A DNA stretch of 64,000 nt from Nannocystis bainbridge. Its GTDB lineage: Bacteria; Myxococcota_A; Polyangia; Nannocystales; Nannocystaceae. Numbering within the stretch: the stretch's first letter is position 1; each line of letters begins with the position of its first letter. Below the pieces are notes generated by a model. It was given only the letters and a program-made list of their open reading frames with translations. It made no database searches and was not told the origin of the DNA. Where the stretch lies: positions 384,001-448,000 of the forward strand of contig NZ_JAQNDL010000003.1 of the NCBI RefSeq assembly GCF_028368995.1. Direction: 5' to 3'. Positions 20,357 through 29,341 of this stretch are shown piece after piece. The translations under genes were made by a program, and so were the position numbers.

Positions 20357-21708
20357 TGCTGTCGTTCGTCCACGGTCTGCTGCTCGCCGCCCTGCTCGCC
20401 CCGGCCCTCGCGCCCGCTCCCGAGCCCGAGCCCGCTCGAGGCCCCGCGCCCGAACCCGCCGACGCCCCCGCCCCCGCGAACCCGTCCGCGCCTCCGCCCG
20501 CGCGAGGCCCCGCGCCCGAGCCCGCCGACGCCCCCGCACGAGGCCCCGCGCCCGAGCCCGCCGACGCCCCTGCGCCCGCGCGTGGCCCCGCACCCGCCCC
20601 CGCGCCGAGCGTCGCCCCGATCGCCGCCGCGCCGCTCGACGAACCTGTCCCCGAGGACATGGCCGCTGCGCCAGCCCTCGACAGCCCGGTGGCGATCAGC
20701 GCGCGCGTGACCCCCGACCCCTCGCAGATCGGCGACCTCCTCAAGCTCGAGGTCACCGTCGCCTACCCGACCGGCTACGCCGTCAACGTCCCGCTCGGGC
20801 TCAAGCTCGACCCGATGTACCTGGTGTCGGTCGAGGAGAGCGAGCCCGAGAGCACTGGCCAGGGCCTGCGCAAGGTCTTCACCTTCACGATCCAGCAGTT
20901 CGCCGTCGGCGAGGGCAAGACCCCGAGCTTCCCGATCACCTACGTCGCCCCCGACGGCGCCGTGCAGACCGCCCAGGTCCCGTCGCACAACTTCGGCGTC
21001 ACCGCGCTGCTGGCCAACGAGGCCGACCCCAAGCGCCAGGGCGAGGACCCCCCGGTCTCGCTCGAATACCCCAACAACACCGCCGAGACCGCGATCTACT
21101 TCACCGCCGGCGCGCTGGTGGCCGGCTTCGTCTCGGCGCTGCTGTGGCTGCGCTGGCGTCGGCGGCCGCGCCCCGTCGTCCTGCCGCCGCCCGAACCGGC
21201 TGACCGCGTCGCCCTGCGCGCGCTCGATCGCCTCAAGGAGGCCGACTACGCCGGCCGCGGCGAGTTCCAGCTGCACTACCTCATGCTCACCGAGATCCTC
21301 AAGGGCTACCTCGAGGGCCGCTTCGGCATCGACGCCCTCGAGCGCACCACCGACGAGCTGCGGGCCGCCCTGCTCCGCTCCGAGGCCGAGATCGCCCCGC
21401 TCAAGCCGACCGACGTGATCCGCTTCCTTCAGCAGTGCGACCTCGTCAAGTTCGCCCGCTTCGCCCCGCCGCCGACCGAGGCCGCCGCCGCCGTCGAGCA
21501 GGCCCGCGGCATGGTCGTGGCCACCACCGCGGTCGCGGCCGCCCCGACGACCGGTCCCAAGGACCAGGTCCCGAAGGACAGGGCCCCCGAGACATTGCCC
21601 CAAGACCAGGGTGCAAAGGACATGTCCTCCGCGCCAGCCCACAAGTACCCGCCCGAGTCGGACATCCCGACCGAGCCGGTGCCGCGGTTCAAGGGGGGTG
21701 ACGAGTGA
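20353..21708 (+). CDS. Bat-operon membrane protein (BatD-like Ig domain, TM helix, DUF4381-like C-terminus)
   Basis: Signal peptide, P/A-rich repeats, IGDLLKLEV, TM helix, YLEGRFGIDALERTTDE, DLVKFARF. Confidence 0.8.
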   Translation: MMLSFVHGLLLAALLAPALAPAPEPEPARGPAPEPADAPAPANPSAPPPARGPAPEPADAPARGPAPEPADAPAPARGPAPAPAPSVAPIAAAPLDEPVPEDMAAAPALDSPVAISARVTPDPSQIGDLLKLEVTVAYPTGYAVNVPLGLKLDPMYLVSVEESEPESTGQGLRKVFTFTIQQFAVGEGKTPSFPITYVAPDGAVQTAQVPSHNFGVTALLANEADPKRQGEDPPVSLEYPNNTAETAIYFTAGALVAGFVSALLWLRWRRRPRPVVLPPPEPADRVALRALDRLKEADYAGRGEFQLHYLMLTEILKGYLEGRFGIDALERTTDELRAALLRSEAEIAPLKPTDVIRFLQQCDLVKFARFAPPPTEAAAAVEQARGMVVATTAVAAAPTTGPKDQVPKDRAPETLPQDQGAKDMSSAPAHKYPPESDIPTEPVPRFKGGDE

Positions 21709-22781
21709 GCGCCCCCGCCGAGCGGCTCGTCGCCGTGCTGCGCAACCTCATGCCGATCCTCGGCTTCGCCGGGCTCGCCGTCGCCCTGGCGCTGGCGGGC
21801 CTCGCCGCCTACCTCGGGTCCGACCTGCGCCACGTCGTCATCGCCTCGCCGTGGTGGCTGCTGGCGGCCCTCGTGCCCCTGCTGGCGGTGGTCATCCGCG
21901 GCGTCGTCTCGCCGCGCCCGGCCACGCTTCGGTTCTCGCGCGCGAGCTCGGCCCGCCGCCTCGGCCCCGGCCTGGCCGCCCGCCTCGCCCACCTGCCCGA
22001 CGGCCTGCGCCTGGCCGCCGCGATCTTGCTGGCGCTCGCGCTGGCGCGCCCCGAGTCGAGCCGCGCCACCGACCGCGTCGAGCACAAGGGCATCGACATC
22101 GTCGTCGCGCTCGACCTGTCCGACTCGATGGAGGCCGACGACCTGTACCCCAACCGCCTCGAGGCGGCCAAGGACGTCATCGACAGCTTCATCGCCCGCC
22201 GCCGCCACGACCGCGTCGGCATGGTCGCGTTCGGGGCCACCGCCACCACCGTCTCGCCGCTGACCGTCGACCACGGCGTGCTGCGCCAGCTCGTGCGTCG
22301 CCTGCAGCTCGGCAGCTTCGACGGCAGCAAGACCGCCATCGGCGCCGGCCTCGGCCAGGCGCTCAATCGCCTCAAGGAGCCCGACGCCGGCAGCGGTGAG
22401 TCCGGCGCCGAGAGCAAGGTCATCGTCCTGCTCACCGACGGCGTCCACAACGCCGAGGGCGTCGACCCCGACTCGATGGCGCGCATGGCCGCCGACCGCG
22501 GCGTCCACGTCTACACCGTCCTGATCGGCCGTCAGGCCGCCTCCACCGACCCCGCCCGGCTCGAGCGGATCGCCAGCACCACCGGCGGCTACGCCTACAC
22601 CGCCGTCGATCAGCAGGCCCTCGTCACCACCTTCCAGGACCTGCTCAACAAGCTCGATCGCTCCGTCATCCTCGGCGAGCACATCCGCGCCCAGCTGTTC
22701 CACCTGGTCCTGTGGCCCGCCCTGCTCCTCCTCATGCTCGACATCCTGCTCCGCTCGACCCGCCTGCGGAGGTTCCCATGA
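21705..22781 (+). CDS. batA: VWA-domain membrane protein BatA
   Basis: LALARP, GIDIVVALDLSDSM MIDAS, PNRLEAAK, SPLT, TAIG, LLTDG, C-terminal TM ending RRFP. Confidence 0.88.
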   Translation: MSAPAERLVAVLRNLMPILGFAGLAVALALAGLAAYLGSDLRHVVIASPWWLLAALVPLLAVVIRGVVSPRPATLRFSRASSARRLGPGLAARLAHLPDGLRLAAAILLALALARPESSRATDRVEHKGIDIVVALDLSDSMEADDLYPNRLEAAKDVIDSFIARRRHDRVGMVAFGATATTVSPLTVDHGVLRQLVRRLQLGSFDGSKTAIGAGLGQALNRLKEPDAGSGESGAESKVIVLLTDGVHNAEGVDPDSMARMAADRGVHVYTVLIGRQAASTDPARLERIASTTGGYAYTAVDQQALVTTFQDLLNKLDRSVILGEHIRAQLFHLVLWPALLLLMLDILLRSTRLRRFP

Positions 22782-23047
22782 GCAGCCTCGTACATGTCTC
22801 CAAGGACATGCCCCTTCGAGCATGCCCCCGAGGCCATGCACTCTCGGACATGTCTCTCGCGCACGCCGCGGAGGCCCGCACGAGCCCCGCCGCCCGAGCA
22901 CCGGCCGCGCTCTCCCGGACTCCTCGCTCGCGCGCGCCCGTGGCCCTCCTCTCCACGTGTCTCCAAGGACATGCCCTTCCGGGCATGCTCCTCGGGACAT
23001 GCGCTCCTGAACATGTCCCTCAAGCCCGCCCGCGGAGGTGCGCATGA
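22778..23047 (+). CDS. Putative 89-aa repeat-derived ORF coupled to batA and batB
   Basis: ATGA overlap with batA stop (22778-22781) and with batB start (23044-23047); GGAGG upstream; built largely from two decamer arrays. Confidence 0.35.
   Translation: MSSLVHVSKDMPLRACPRGHALSDMSLAHAAEARTSPAARAPAALSRTPRSRAPVALLSTCLQGHALPGMLLGTCAPEHVPQARPRRCA
22790..22855. repeat. 14-bp-period RRRCATGYYY array (5 units)
   Basis: GTACATGTCT 22790, GGACATGCCC 22804, GAGCATGCCC 22818, GGCCATGCAC 22832, GGACATGTCT 22846. Confidence 0.92.
22953..23018. repeat. 14-bp-period RRRCATGYYY array (5 units), 163-bp-offset duplicate of the preceding array
   Basis: CCACGTGTCT 22953, GGACATGCCC 22967, GGGCATGCTC 22981, GGACATGCGC 22995, GAACATGTCC 23009. 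Confidence 0.9.
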
Positions 23048-24213
23048 GCCCCGCCGAAGTGGTCCGCGACCTGGCCCAGGACGCCGAGACGAAGGACGTC
23101 CTGACCCTCTTCGAGGAGGTCGTGCTCGCCCGCGAGGACCTGTTGTGGCTGCTCGTGCTGGTGCCGCTGGCCGCGGCGGCCTACCTCTGGGCCGCCCGCC
23201 AGCGCCGGCGCGGCCTCGCCAGCCTCGGCAGCCCGATCCTGGTCGAGCGCCTGGTCGGCAGCGTCAACCATGCCAGCCGGGTCGTCGCCGCCGTCGTCTC
23301 CGTGCTCGCGGTGCTGCTGCTGTCGGCCGGCCTCATGCGCGTGCAGTACGGCGGCGAGACCACCATCGTCGCCACCACCGGCCTCGACATCGTGCTCGCC
23401 GTCGACTACAGCAAATCGATGCTCGCCCGCGACGTCTACCCGTCGCGCAGCGAGCGACTCGCCGCCGAACTGCAGCGCTTCCTCGACGAGGCCGACCGTC
23501 GCGGCGACCGCGTCGGCCTGGTGGTGTTCGCCGGCGCCGCGCGCGGCCTGCCCGTCAGCCGCGACGCTCGCGTCCTCAAGCTCTACCTCGACAAGGCCGA
23601 CCCGCGCACCGAGAACCCCGGCGGCACCGCGATCGGCAAGGCGCTCAAGCTCGCGCTCACCTTCCTCATCGATGCCCGCCGCGCCGCCGCGGCCGGTCCC
23701 GAAGGCGGCCCGACCAAATCGATCCCGACCAGGGAAGGCAAGGCCGTCGAGGACATCCCGCCCTCCGAGTCCGACCAGGTCGTCATCCTCCTGACCGACG
23801 GCGAAGACACCGTCTCGCGCCCGCTCGAGATCGCCGCCGAGGCGGCCAAGCTGGGCGTACGGATCTACACCGTCGGCATCGGCTCGAAGTCCGGCGAACC
23901 GATCCAGAAGTTCGACAGCGAGGGCAACCCCGACGGCTTCGTCACCGACGAGCAGGGCAACTACCTCATGACCCGCGTCGACGAGGCCACCCTCAAGGAC
24001 ATCGCCAAGACCACCGGCGGCGACTACGTCCTCGTCGAGCCCGACAAGTTCGGCCTCGACCGCGTGTCCGAGTGGATCCGCGAGCTCTCGAAGGGCCAGC
24101 GCGAGGACACGGTCACCGCCCACCGCGAGGAGGGTTACGCCTTCCTCATCATCCCCGCGCTGCTGCTGCTCGCGCTGTCGCTCGCGCTGCCCGAGCGCAA
24201 GAAGGGGCCCTGA
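23044..24213 (+). CDS. batB: VWA-domain membrane protein BatB
   Basis: GLDIVLAVDYSKSMLARDVYPSR, GLVVFAG, GTAIG, LLTDGED, YTVGIGS..GEPI. Confidence 0.88.
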   Translation: MSPAEVVRDLAQDAETKDVLTLFEEVVLAREDLLWLLVLVPLAAAAYLWAARQRRRGLASLGSPILVERLVGSVNHASRVVAAVVSVLAVLLLSAGLMRVQYGGETTIVATTGLDIVLAVDYSKSMLARDVYPSRSERLAAELQRFLDEADRRGDRVGLVVFAGAARGLPVSRDARVLKLYLDKADPRTENPGGTAIGKALKLALTFLIDARRAAAAGPEGGPTKSIPTREGKAVEDIPPSESDQVVILLTDGEDTVSRPLEIAAEAAKLGVRIYTVGIGSKSGEPIQKFDSEGNPDGFVTDEQGNYLMTRVDEATLKDIAKTTGGDYVLVEPDKFGLDRVSEWIRELSKGQREDTVTAHREEGYAFLIIPALLLLALSLALPERKKGP

Positions 24214-24378
24214 TCGATGCAGCTCTGCCGGACACCCGTCTCCCCGCCCCGCAAGAAGGGGCCCTGATCGATGCAGCTCTGCCGGACACCCCTCTCCCCG
24301 CCCCGCGAGAAAGGGCCCTGATCGATGCAGTTCTGCCGGACATCCTCCGTCGCCCCGCCCCGCGAGAAAGGACGCTGA
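24196..24378 (+). repeat. 54-bp tandem repeat (x3.3) starting in the last codons of batB; each unit is a mini-ORF
   Basis: Units at 24196, 24250, 24304, partial 24361; ORFs 24217-24267, 24271-24321, 24325-24378. Confidence 0.9.
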
Positions 24379-24382
24379 CCCC

Positions 24383-25222
24383 GTGCCGCTCGTATCGACC
24401 AGTAAGTTGCTCGCCGTCATCCTCGCTGCCGGCTGGCTCGCCGAGGCGCTCGCCGGCAAGAACGGCGACATCGAGGCCGGTATCGCCGCCTACACCAGCG
24501 GCGACCACGAAGCCGCCCTCGCCGCTTACGCCGCCGCCGAGGCCGAGTTCGGCGAGCGCCCCGAGATCTTCTACAACCGCGGCCTGGCGCTCGTCGCCAA
24601 GGGCGACAAGGACGAGGCCCGCAAGGCGTTCGAGCGCGGCACCGAGTCCACGCACCCCGACGTCCACTCGAGCTCCGAATACGAGCTCGGCAACCTCGAC
24701 CTCGACGCCGAGGCCTTCGACCCCGCCATCGAGCACTACATCAAGTGCCTCAAGGCCAAGCCCGACCACGCCAACGCCAAGTGGAACCTCGAGCTCGCCC
24801 TGCTGAAGAAGAAGCAGAAAGAGGAAGAGGAGAAGAAGAAGCAAGAGGAAGAAAAGAAGGACGAAGAGAACAAGGACGAAGAGAAAAAGGACGAAGAGAA
24901 GCAGGACGAAGAGAAAAAGGACGAGCAGAAGCAGGACGAGAAGAAGGACGAAGAGAAAAAGGACGAGCAGAAACAGGACGAGAAGAAGGACGAAGAGAAA
25001 AAGGACGAGCAGAAGCAGGACGAGCAGAAGCAAGACCAGCAGAAGCAAGACCAGCAGAAGCAGGACGAGCAGAAGCAGGAGAAGGGCGAGCAGCCCCAGC
25101 CGCAACCGCAGCCTCAGCTCGACAAGGCCGACCTCGACAAGGCGCTCGAGCAGCTCGACGCCGAGGACAACTTCCAGCTCGACCGCCCCTCGCGCCAGAT
25201 CCGCGTGGAGAAGGACTGGTGA
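24383..25222 (+). CDS. batC: TPR protein BatC with K/D/E/Q low-complexity linker
   Basis: TPR (YNRGLAL, YELGN, AKWNLELA), charged repeats, C-terminal EKDW. Confidence 0.88.
   Translation: MPLVSTSKLLAVILAAGWLAEALAGKNGDIEAGIAAYTSGDHEAALAAYAAAEAEFGERPEIFYNRGLALVAKGDKDEARKAFERGTESTHPDVHSSSEYELGNLDLDAEAFDPAIEHYIKCLKAKPDHANAKWNLELALLKKKQKEEEEKKKQEEEKKDEENKDEEKKDEEKQDEEKKDEQKQDEKKDEEKKDEQKQDEKKDEEKKDEQKQDEQKQDQQKQDQQKQDEQKQEKGEQPQPQPQPQLDKADLDKALEQLDAEDNFQLDRPSRQIRVEKDW
24800..25085 (+). repeat. Purine-rich coding repeat (DEEKK/DEQKQ, ~15-bp units)
   Basis: Repeated gacgaagagaaaaag / gacgagcagaagcag inside batC. Confidence 0.8.
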
Positions 25223-25224
25223 CC

Positions 25225-25287
25225 ATGAGGGCCGACCTCCAGCTCGACCGAGCCTCGCCCCGACTCCGGACGGAGAACGACTGGTGA
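25225..25287 (+). CDS. Putative 20-aa mini-ORF duplicating the BatC C-terminus
   Basis: MRADLQLDRASPRLRTENDW versus BatC end FQLDRPSRQIRVEKDW; stop overlaps batD GTG. Confidence 0.35.
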   Translation: MRADLQLDRASPRLRTENDW

Positions 25288-27218
25288 CCGCGGCGCCGCA
25301 TCGCCCAGGCCAGCGCGGCCAATCCTCGCCCTCGCTTCACCTGCCCGATGAGCCAGGCGAAGCGCACGCGACCTCTGCCGCCCTTCCGCCCCCTGCGCCC
25401 GATCCTCACCACCTCGCCCGTCGCCGCCTCTTGCAGCTCGCCGGCGCCGCAGGGCTCGGCCTCTATCTATCCCCGAGGACAGCTCGCGCCGACACCAAGT
25501 CGCGCATCGTCGCCGAGATTGATCGCGAACGGGTCGAGGTCGGCGAGGCCTTCGAGCTCACCGTCCAGGTCGACAGCGAAGGCGAGCGCGGCGCCGAGGT
25601 CCCCGAGCCAGTGCTGCCCGACATGACGGCTCTCGGCCTGCAGATCGTCGGCATGCCGGCCAACTACCGCAGCACCAGCAGCTCGTTCAGCTTCGGCACC
25701 GGCCGCGGCTCGACGATGACGACCCGCACGACTCAGACCAGCGTCTACACCCTCATCGCCAGCAAACCCGGCCGCATCGAGCTGCCGGTGCACATCCTGG
25801 AGGGCAAGACGAAGGTGACGCCGCCGCGGATCCCGGCGATCGAGGTCACCGGCCAGGCCGCCCCGACCGAGCCGGTCCCGGCGGCCGCCGACGGCCCGAC
25901 CGAGCCGCAGGGCGACATCTTCCTGTGGACCCGCCTCGACAAGCCGACCCTGTTCGTCGGCGAACAGCTGACGTACACGCTCGAGATCTACGAGCGCCTG
26001 CCCTTCCTGCAGATCCAGCTGCGTCAGTTGCCGGGCTTCCAGGACTTTTGGAGCGAGGAGCTGCCTCAGGGCCAGATGCGCCAGGCGGTCGTCGGCAACA
26101 CCGCCTACCGCGTCCACCCCGGGCTCCGGCGGGCCCTGTTTCCCCAGCGCGCCGGCACCCTCACCCTCTCGCCCGCCGAAGTCGGCATCGGCATGCGCCG
26201 CCGGATCACCGGCCGTCCCGTCACCGTCGAGGTCAAGCCGCTGCCCGCCGGCGCCCCCGCCGGCTTCTCGCCCAACAACGTCGGCGTGTACTCCATCCGC
26301 GCCGAAGCCGACCGCACCAACATCAAGGTCGGCGAGCCCTTTACGCTCACCGTCGCCATTCAGGGCACCGGCAACATCCGCGTCATCGACCCGGGCGCCT
26401 GGCCCGAGATGCCCGGCCTGCGCCGCTACGAGCCCAAGATCGAGACCGACGTGACCACCGGCGCGCAGCTCGGCGGCGAACGGCGCTACGCCTTCCTCGT
26501 CATCCCCGAGCGCGGCGGTACGCTGACCGTCCCACCGCACACGTTCCACTACTTCGATCCGGCCAGCGAGAGCTACCAGACCGCCACCAGCGCCCCGATC
26601 GAGCTCACCGTCGCCGGCGATCCGAACGCCGCCCCGACGCTCGCCAGCGACGCTCCGCCGCCCGCCGCCGCCGAGGAGGAGGGCATCCTGGCGCCGATCG
26701 TCGAGCCGGCCGCGTTGCCGCGGGCGACGCCGTCGCCCTCGTGGCTCACACCGTCGCGCTGGGCCTGGGCCATGGCGGGAGCGCCCGTGCTCCTGGCTCT
26801 CGGGACAGCTGCTTCCGCGCTTTGGCGCCGGCTCGGCCCCGACGAACACAGCCGGGCCGCCGCCGCCAGAGCCGCCAAACAGCGCGAGCTGCTGGCCCAG
26901 GCCGAACGCGGACTCGGCACCGGCGAGGGCTTCTATCCCGCCCTCGCCCAGCTGCTTCAAGCTGCCGCGATCGATCGCGCCGGCCCCGAGGGCGAAGGCC
27001 TGCCCCGTCACGCCCTGCTCGCCTTGCTGGCCGGCAAGGGCGTCTCCTCCGCCGACTGCGAGCGCTTGCGAGACCTGCTCGATCGCTGCGACGCCGCCCG
27101 GTTCGGCGCCCGCGGCGAATCTGCCAGCGAGCGGGAGGTCGCCCTCCAGGCCGCACGCGAGCTCCTGCACAGCTCGGCCGCCTTGAAGCCGGGCTCGCCC
27201 GCACGACCGCCCTCGTGA
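25284..27218 (+). CDS. batD: BatD family protein
   Basis: Repeated VGE.F.LTV Ig-like domains, LFPQRAGTL, GTGNI, FHYFDP..ESY, C-terminal TM and CD..RF; RRRLL Tat-like leader; exact start uncertain. Confidence 0.85.
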   Translation: MTAAPHRPGQRGQSSPSLHLPDEPGEAHATSAALPPPAPDPHHLARRRLLQLAGAAGLGLYLSPRTARADTKSRIVAEIDRERVEVGEAFELTVQVDSEGERGAEVPEPVLPDMTALGLQIVGMPANYRSTSSSFSFGTGRGSTMTTRTTQTSVYTLIASKPGRIELPVHILEGKTKVTPPRIPAIEVTGQAAPTEPVPAAADGPTEPQGDIFLWTRLDKPTLFVGEQLTYTLEIYERLPFLQIQLRQLPGFQDFWSEELPQGQMRQAVVGNTAYRVHPGLRRALFPQRAGTLTLSPAEVGIGMRRRITGRPVTVEVKPLPAGAPAGFSPNNVGVYSIRAEADRTNIKVGEPFTLTVAIQGTGNIRVIDPGAWPEMPGLRRYEPKIETDVTTGAQLGGERRYAFLVIPERGGTLTVPPHTFHYFDPASESYQTATSAPIELTVAGDPNAAPTLASDAPPPAAAEEEGILAPIVEPAALPRATPSPSWLTPSRWAWAMAGAPVLLALGTAASALWRRLGPDEHSRAAAARAAKQRELLAQAERGLGTGEGFYPALAQLLQAAAIDRAGPEGEGLPRHALLALLAGKGVSSADCERLRDLLDRCDAARFGARGESASEREVALQAARELLHSSAALKPGSPARPPS

Positions 27219-27398
27219 GCCACCCGCCCCCGGTCGTGCCGGTCGGCCTCCCCCCGACACCCGCGGGCCCTCGCGCTCGCCCGCAGCCTGCCGTCCTCCG
27301 AGGCTCTCCTGAACCGCCCTGACCCCGCCTCCTCGCCCGACCGAACCCAGGACTCGTCCCCGCCTCCGCCGCGCGACCGACCCCGCTCGACAGAACTC

Positions 27399-28232
27399 AT
27401 GACCCGCATGCGAATCCGCGCGCTCTCGATCTTCGCCCTGTTCGCGCTCACGGCCGCCTCTGCGCGCGCCGACGTGGTCGACGACGCCTTCGCGCGCGGC
27501 AACGCCCTGGCGGCCGCGCGCGACTATGCAGGCGCCGTGCGGGCGTACGAGGACGCCGAGGCGCTGCTGCCCGGCCGCAGCGCCGCCCTGTCGTTCAACC
27601 TCGGCACCGCGTATGCGCAGCTCGGCGAGCTCGGTGCCGCGACGTATCACCTGCGCCGCGCCCTGCAGCCGCAAGCCGAGGCCAGCGTCGACATCGCCGA
27701 GGCCGCGCGCCGCAACCTCGGCGTGGTCCGGCAACGAGCCGAGGTCGCCGCCACCGCCGCCAACCTCCAGATCGATCGACCCGAGACGTGGCGCGACGCG
27801 GCCCTGTCGGCCCTCCGCTCGCCCGCGTTCGGCTGGTTGTCGGTCATCGCCGGCTGGCTGGCGCTGCTGTTGTGGATCACCCGGGCCCGCTACCGCGAAG
27901 CTGCCCGCAGCGCCCTCGCCGGTCTCGCCGCGGTCCTGGCCGCGCTCTATCTGGTGATCGGCGGCCTCCACGGCTACGCGCTGCGCACCGAACTCGGCGC
28001 CCCGCAAGCGATCGCGCTGCCGGCCAAGCTCGAGGTCCGCGAAGGCCCAGGTATTCACCGCAAGACCGTCTTCACCGTGCAGGGCGGGAGCCGTCTGAGC
28101 CTCGTCGAGCGCGGCGCCGGTTGGGGTCGTGTCCGTCTGCCCGGCGGGCTCGAAGGTTGGGCGCCGCTGTCGGGCCTCGGCGAACTCGCTGCGCCGCCAC
28201 GCCGCCTGGCCAGCGAACCATCGTCGCCGTGA
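27399..28232 (+). CDS. batE: BatE-like TPR + TM + SH3 protein
   Basis: Signal peptide, FNLGTAY TPR, two TM helices, VREGPG...GW.RVRL..G.EGW SH3. Confidence 0.8.
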   Translation: MTRMRIRALSIFALFALTAASARADVVDDAFARGNALAAARDYAGAVRAYEDAEALLPGRSAALSFNLGTAYAQLGELGAATYHLRRALQPQAEASVDIAEAARRNLGVVRQRAEVAATAANLQIDRPETWRDAALSALRSPAFGWLSVIAGWLALLLWITRARYREAARSALAGLAAVLAALYLVIGGLHGYALRTELGAPQAIALPAKLEVREGPGIHRKTVFTVQGGSRLSLVERGAGWGRVRLPGGLEGWAPLSGLGELAAPPRRLASEPSSP

Positions 28233-28443
28233 AGCTCTTGCGCTATCGCCCGCGTTCGCGTCCATTCGCAGCGTACAGCCGTCCGATCGCAGCGACGCTT
28301 GCAGACCTGCCTTCGCCCGGAGTGTGACCGTCGCCCGAACATCGTGGAGCGACTGCCGCCCGCGCGCTCCGCGTGTCGCCCGCCGCGTCCGGGTCGAAAA
28401 TGGGCGTAGCGTTTTTTCACTGCCACGATACTGTAAACGTGTC

Positions 28444-28752
28444 GTGCTCGCGGTCCTCGCCACCAAGATTCGCAGCAACGGTGAAGGGTCGGTCGTAACC
28501 GCCATCAAGAAGCCATACGAGGGCTTTCTGATCAGCGAGCCGATGGTCGGGCGAGGCATGGTGATCTTCCGCGACCCCAATGGCCGTCGCATGGTGACGA
28601 CCGTGGTGCGCAGGATCTTGACCACCGCCGAGACCGAGGGCCGCGAGGACCCGCGCGAGCGCCGGCTGATGTACGTCGAGACCGAAAACTCCGTGTATCG
28701 GCTGGCCTTCCTCGACGCCTCGCGCCACGCCGCCTCCGCCGCCAGCGGCTGA
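28444..28752 (+). CDS. Small hypothetical protein
   Basis: KPYEGFLISEPMVGRGMVIFRD...MVTTVVRRI...YVETENSVYRL; good codon bias; start uncertain. Confidence 0.6.
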   Translation: MLAVLATKIRSNGEGSVVTAIKKPYEGFLISEPMVGRGMVIFRDPNGRRMVTTVVRRILTTAETEGREDPRERRLMYVETENSVYRLAFLDASRHAASAASG

Positions 28753-29109
28753 ACCCCGCCCCTGGCAGCTCGCCGGCGCCTCGCCCGAGCGAAGGTCCGC
28801 TCGCTCTCGCAGCCCGAGCTGCGACGGAGCGCAGCCGAGGCGCTCACGATGCCGGCTCCTCTGCGGCCTTCGCCGCGACCAGACTCGCGCTCGTCGGGCC
28901 GCTCGAATCACCCGTCGCTGAACTCGCCCGCGAGCCGCTGTCGGTATCGCCATGCGCCGCCGGCCCACCCAGCGTCATGGACCCGAGGATTGTCGATACA
29001 CCGATCGTCTGAACCATCGCTCGCCAGGCTACTCGCTCCGCGACGCCGCGCAATGGACGACTCGAGTTGGTGCTCACGAACTCCAGTGGGGTATCCGCGG
29101 CCGAGCACA

Positions 29110-29147
29110 GAGCATGTCCCATCGAACATGTCCTCACAGACATGCGA
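29110..29147. repeat. 14-bp-period decamer array (3 units)
   Basis: GAGCATGTCC 29110, GAACATGTCC 29124, AGACATGCGA 29138. Confidence 0.85.
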
Positions 29148-29341
29148 TGATCATGCCAGCCCACGCGCACGCTGCAAGACACAACCGAGCTTGGGGCTCA
29201 CCAACTCCGCTTGCGAGTTTGCCTCACGCCGGTGCCCACGAAAAAGCACTGGTTCGAGATCCACCGCCAGCTACATCTCTCGTCACCATGCTCGAAGCCA
29301 TCGCTCCACGAGCCGACCCCGCGACGCCCGAGGCCTGCCCG

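Noticed and set aside
24196-24378. 54-bp repeat as a mini-CRISPR
   Set aside because: The whole unit is repeated with no unique spacers, and it derives from the batB 3' end.
27215-27398. Fourth coupled mini-ORF at the batD-batE junction
   Set aside because: A GTGA-overlapping Pro-rich ORF (27215-27322) exists, but it stops 76 bp before batE and shows no clear duplication.
25467-28847. 1126-aa minus-strand ORF and similar long R/G/A/P-rich ORFs (35411-38221, 46076-48880)
   Set aside because: Shadow frames typical of high-GC DNA, overlapping well-supported genes and lacking motifs.
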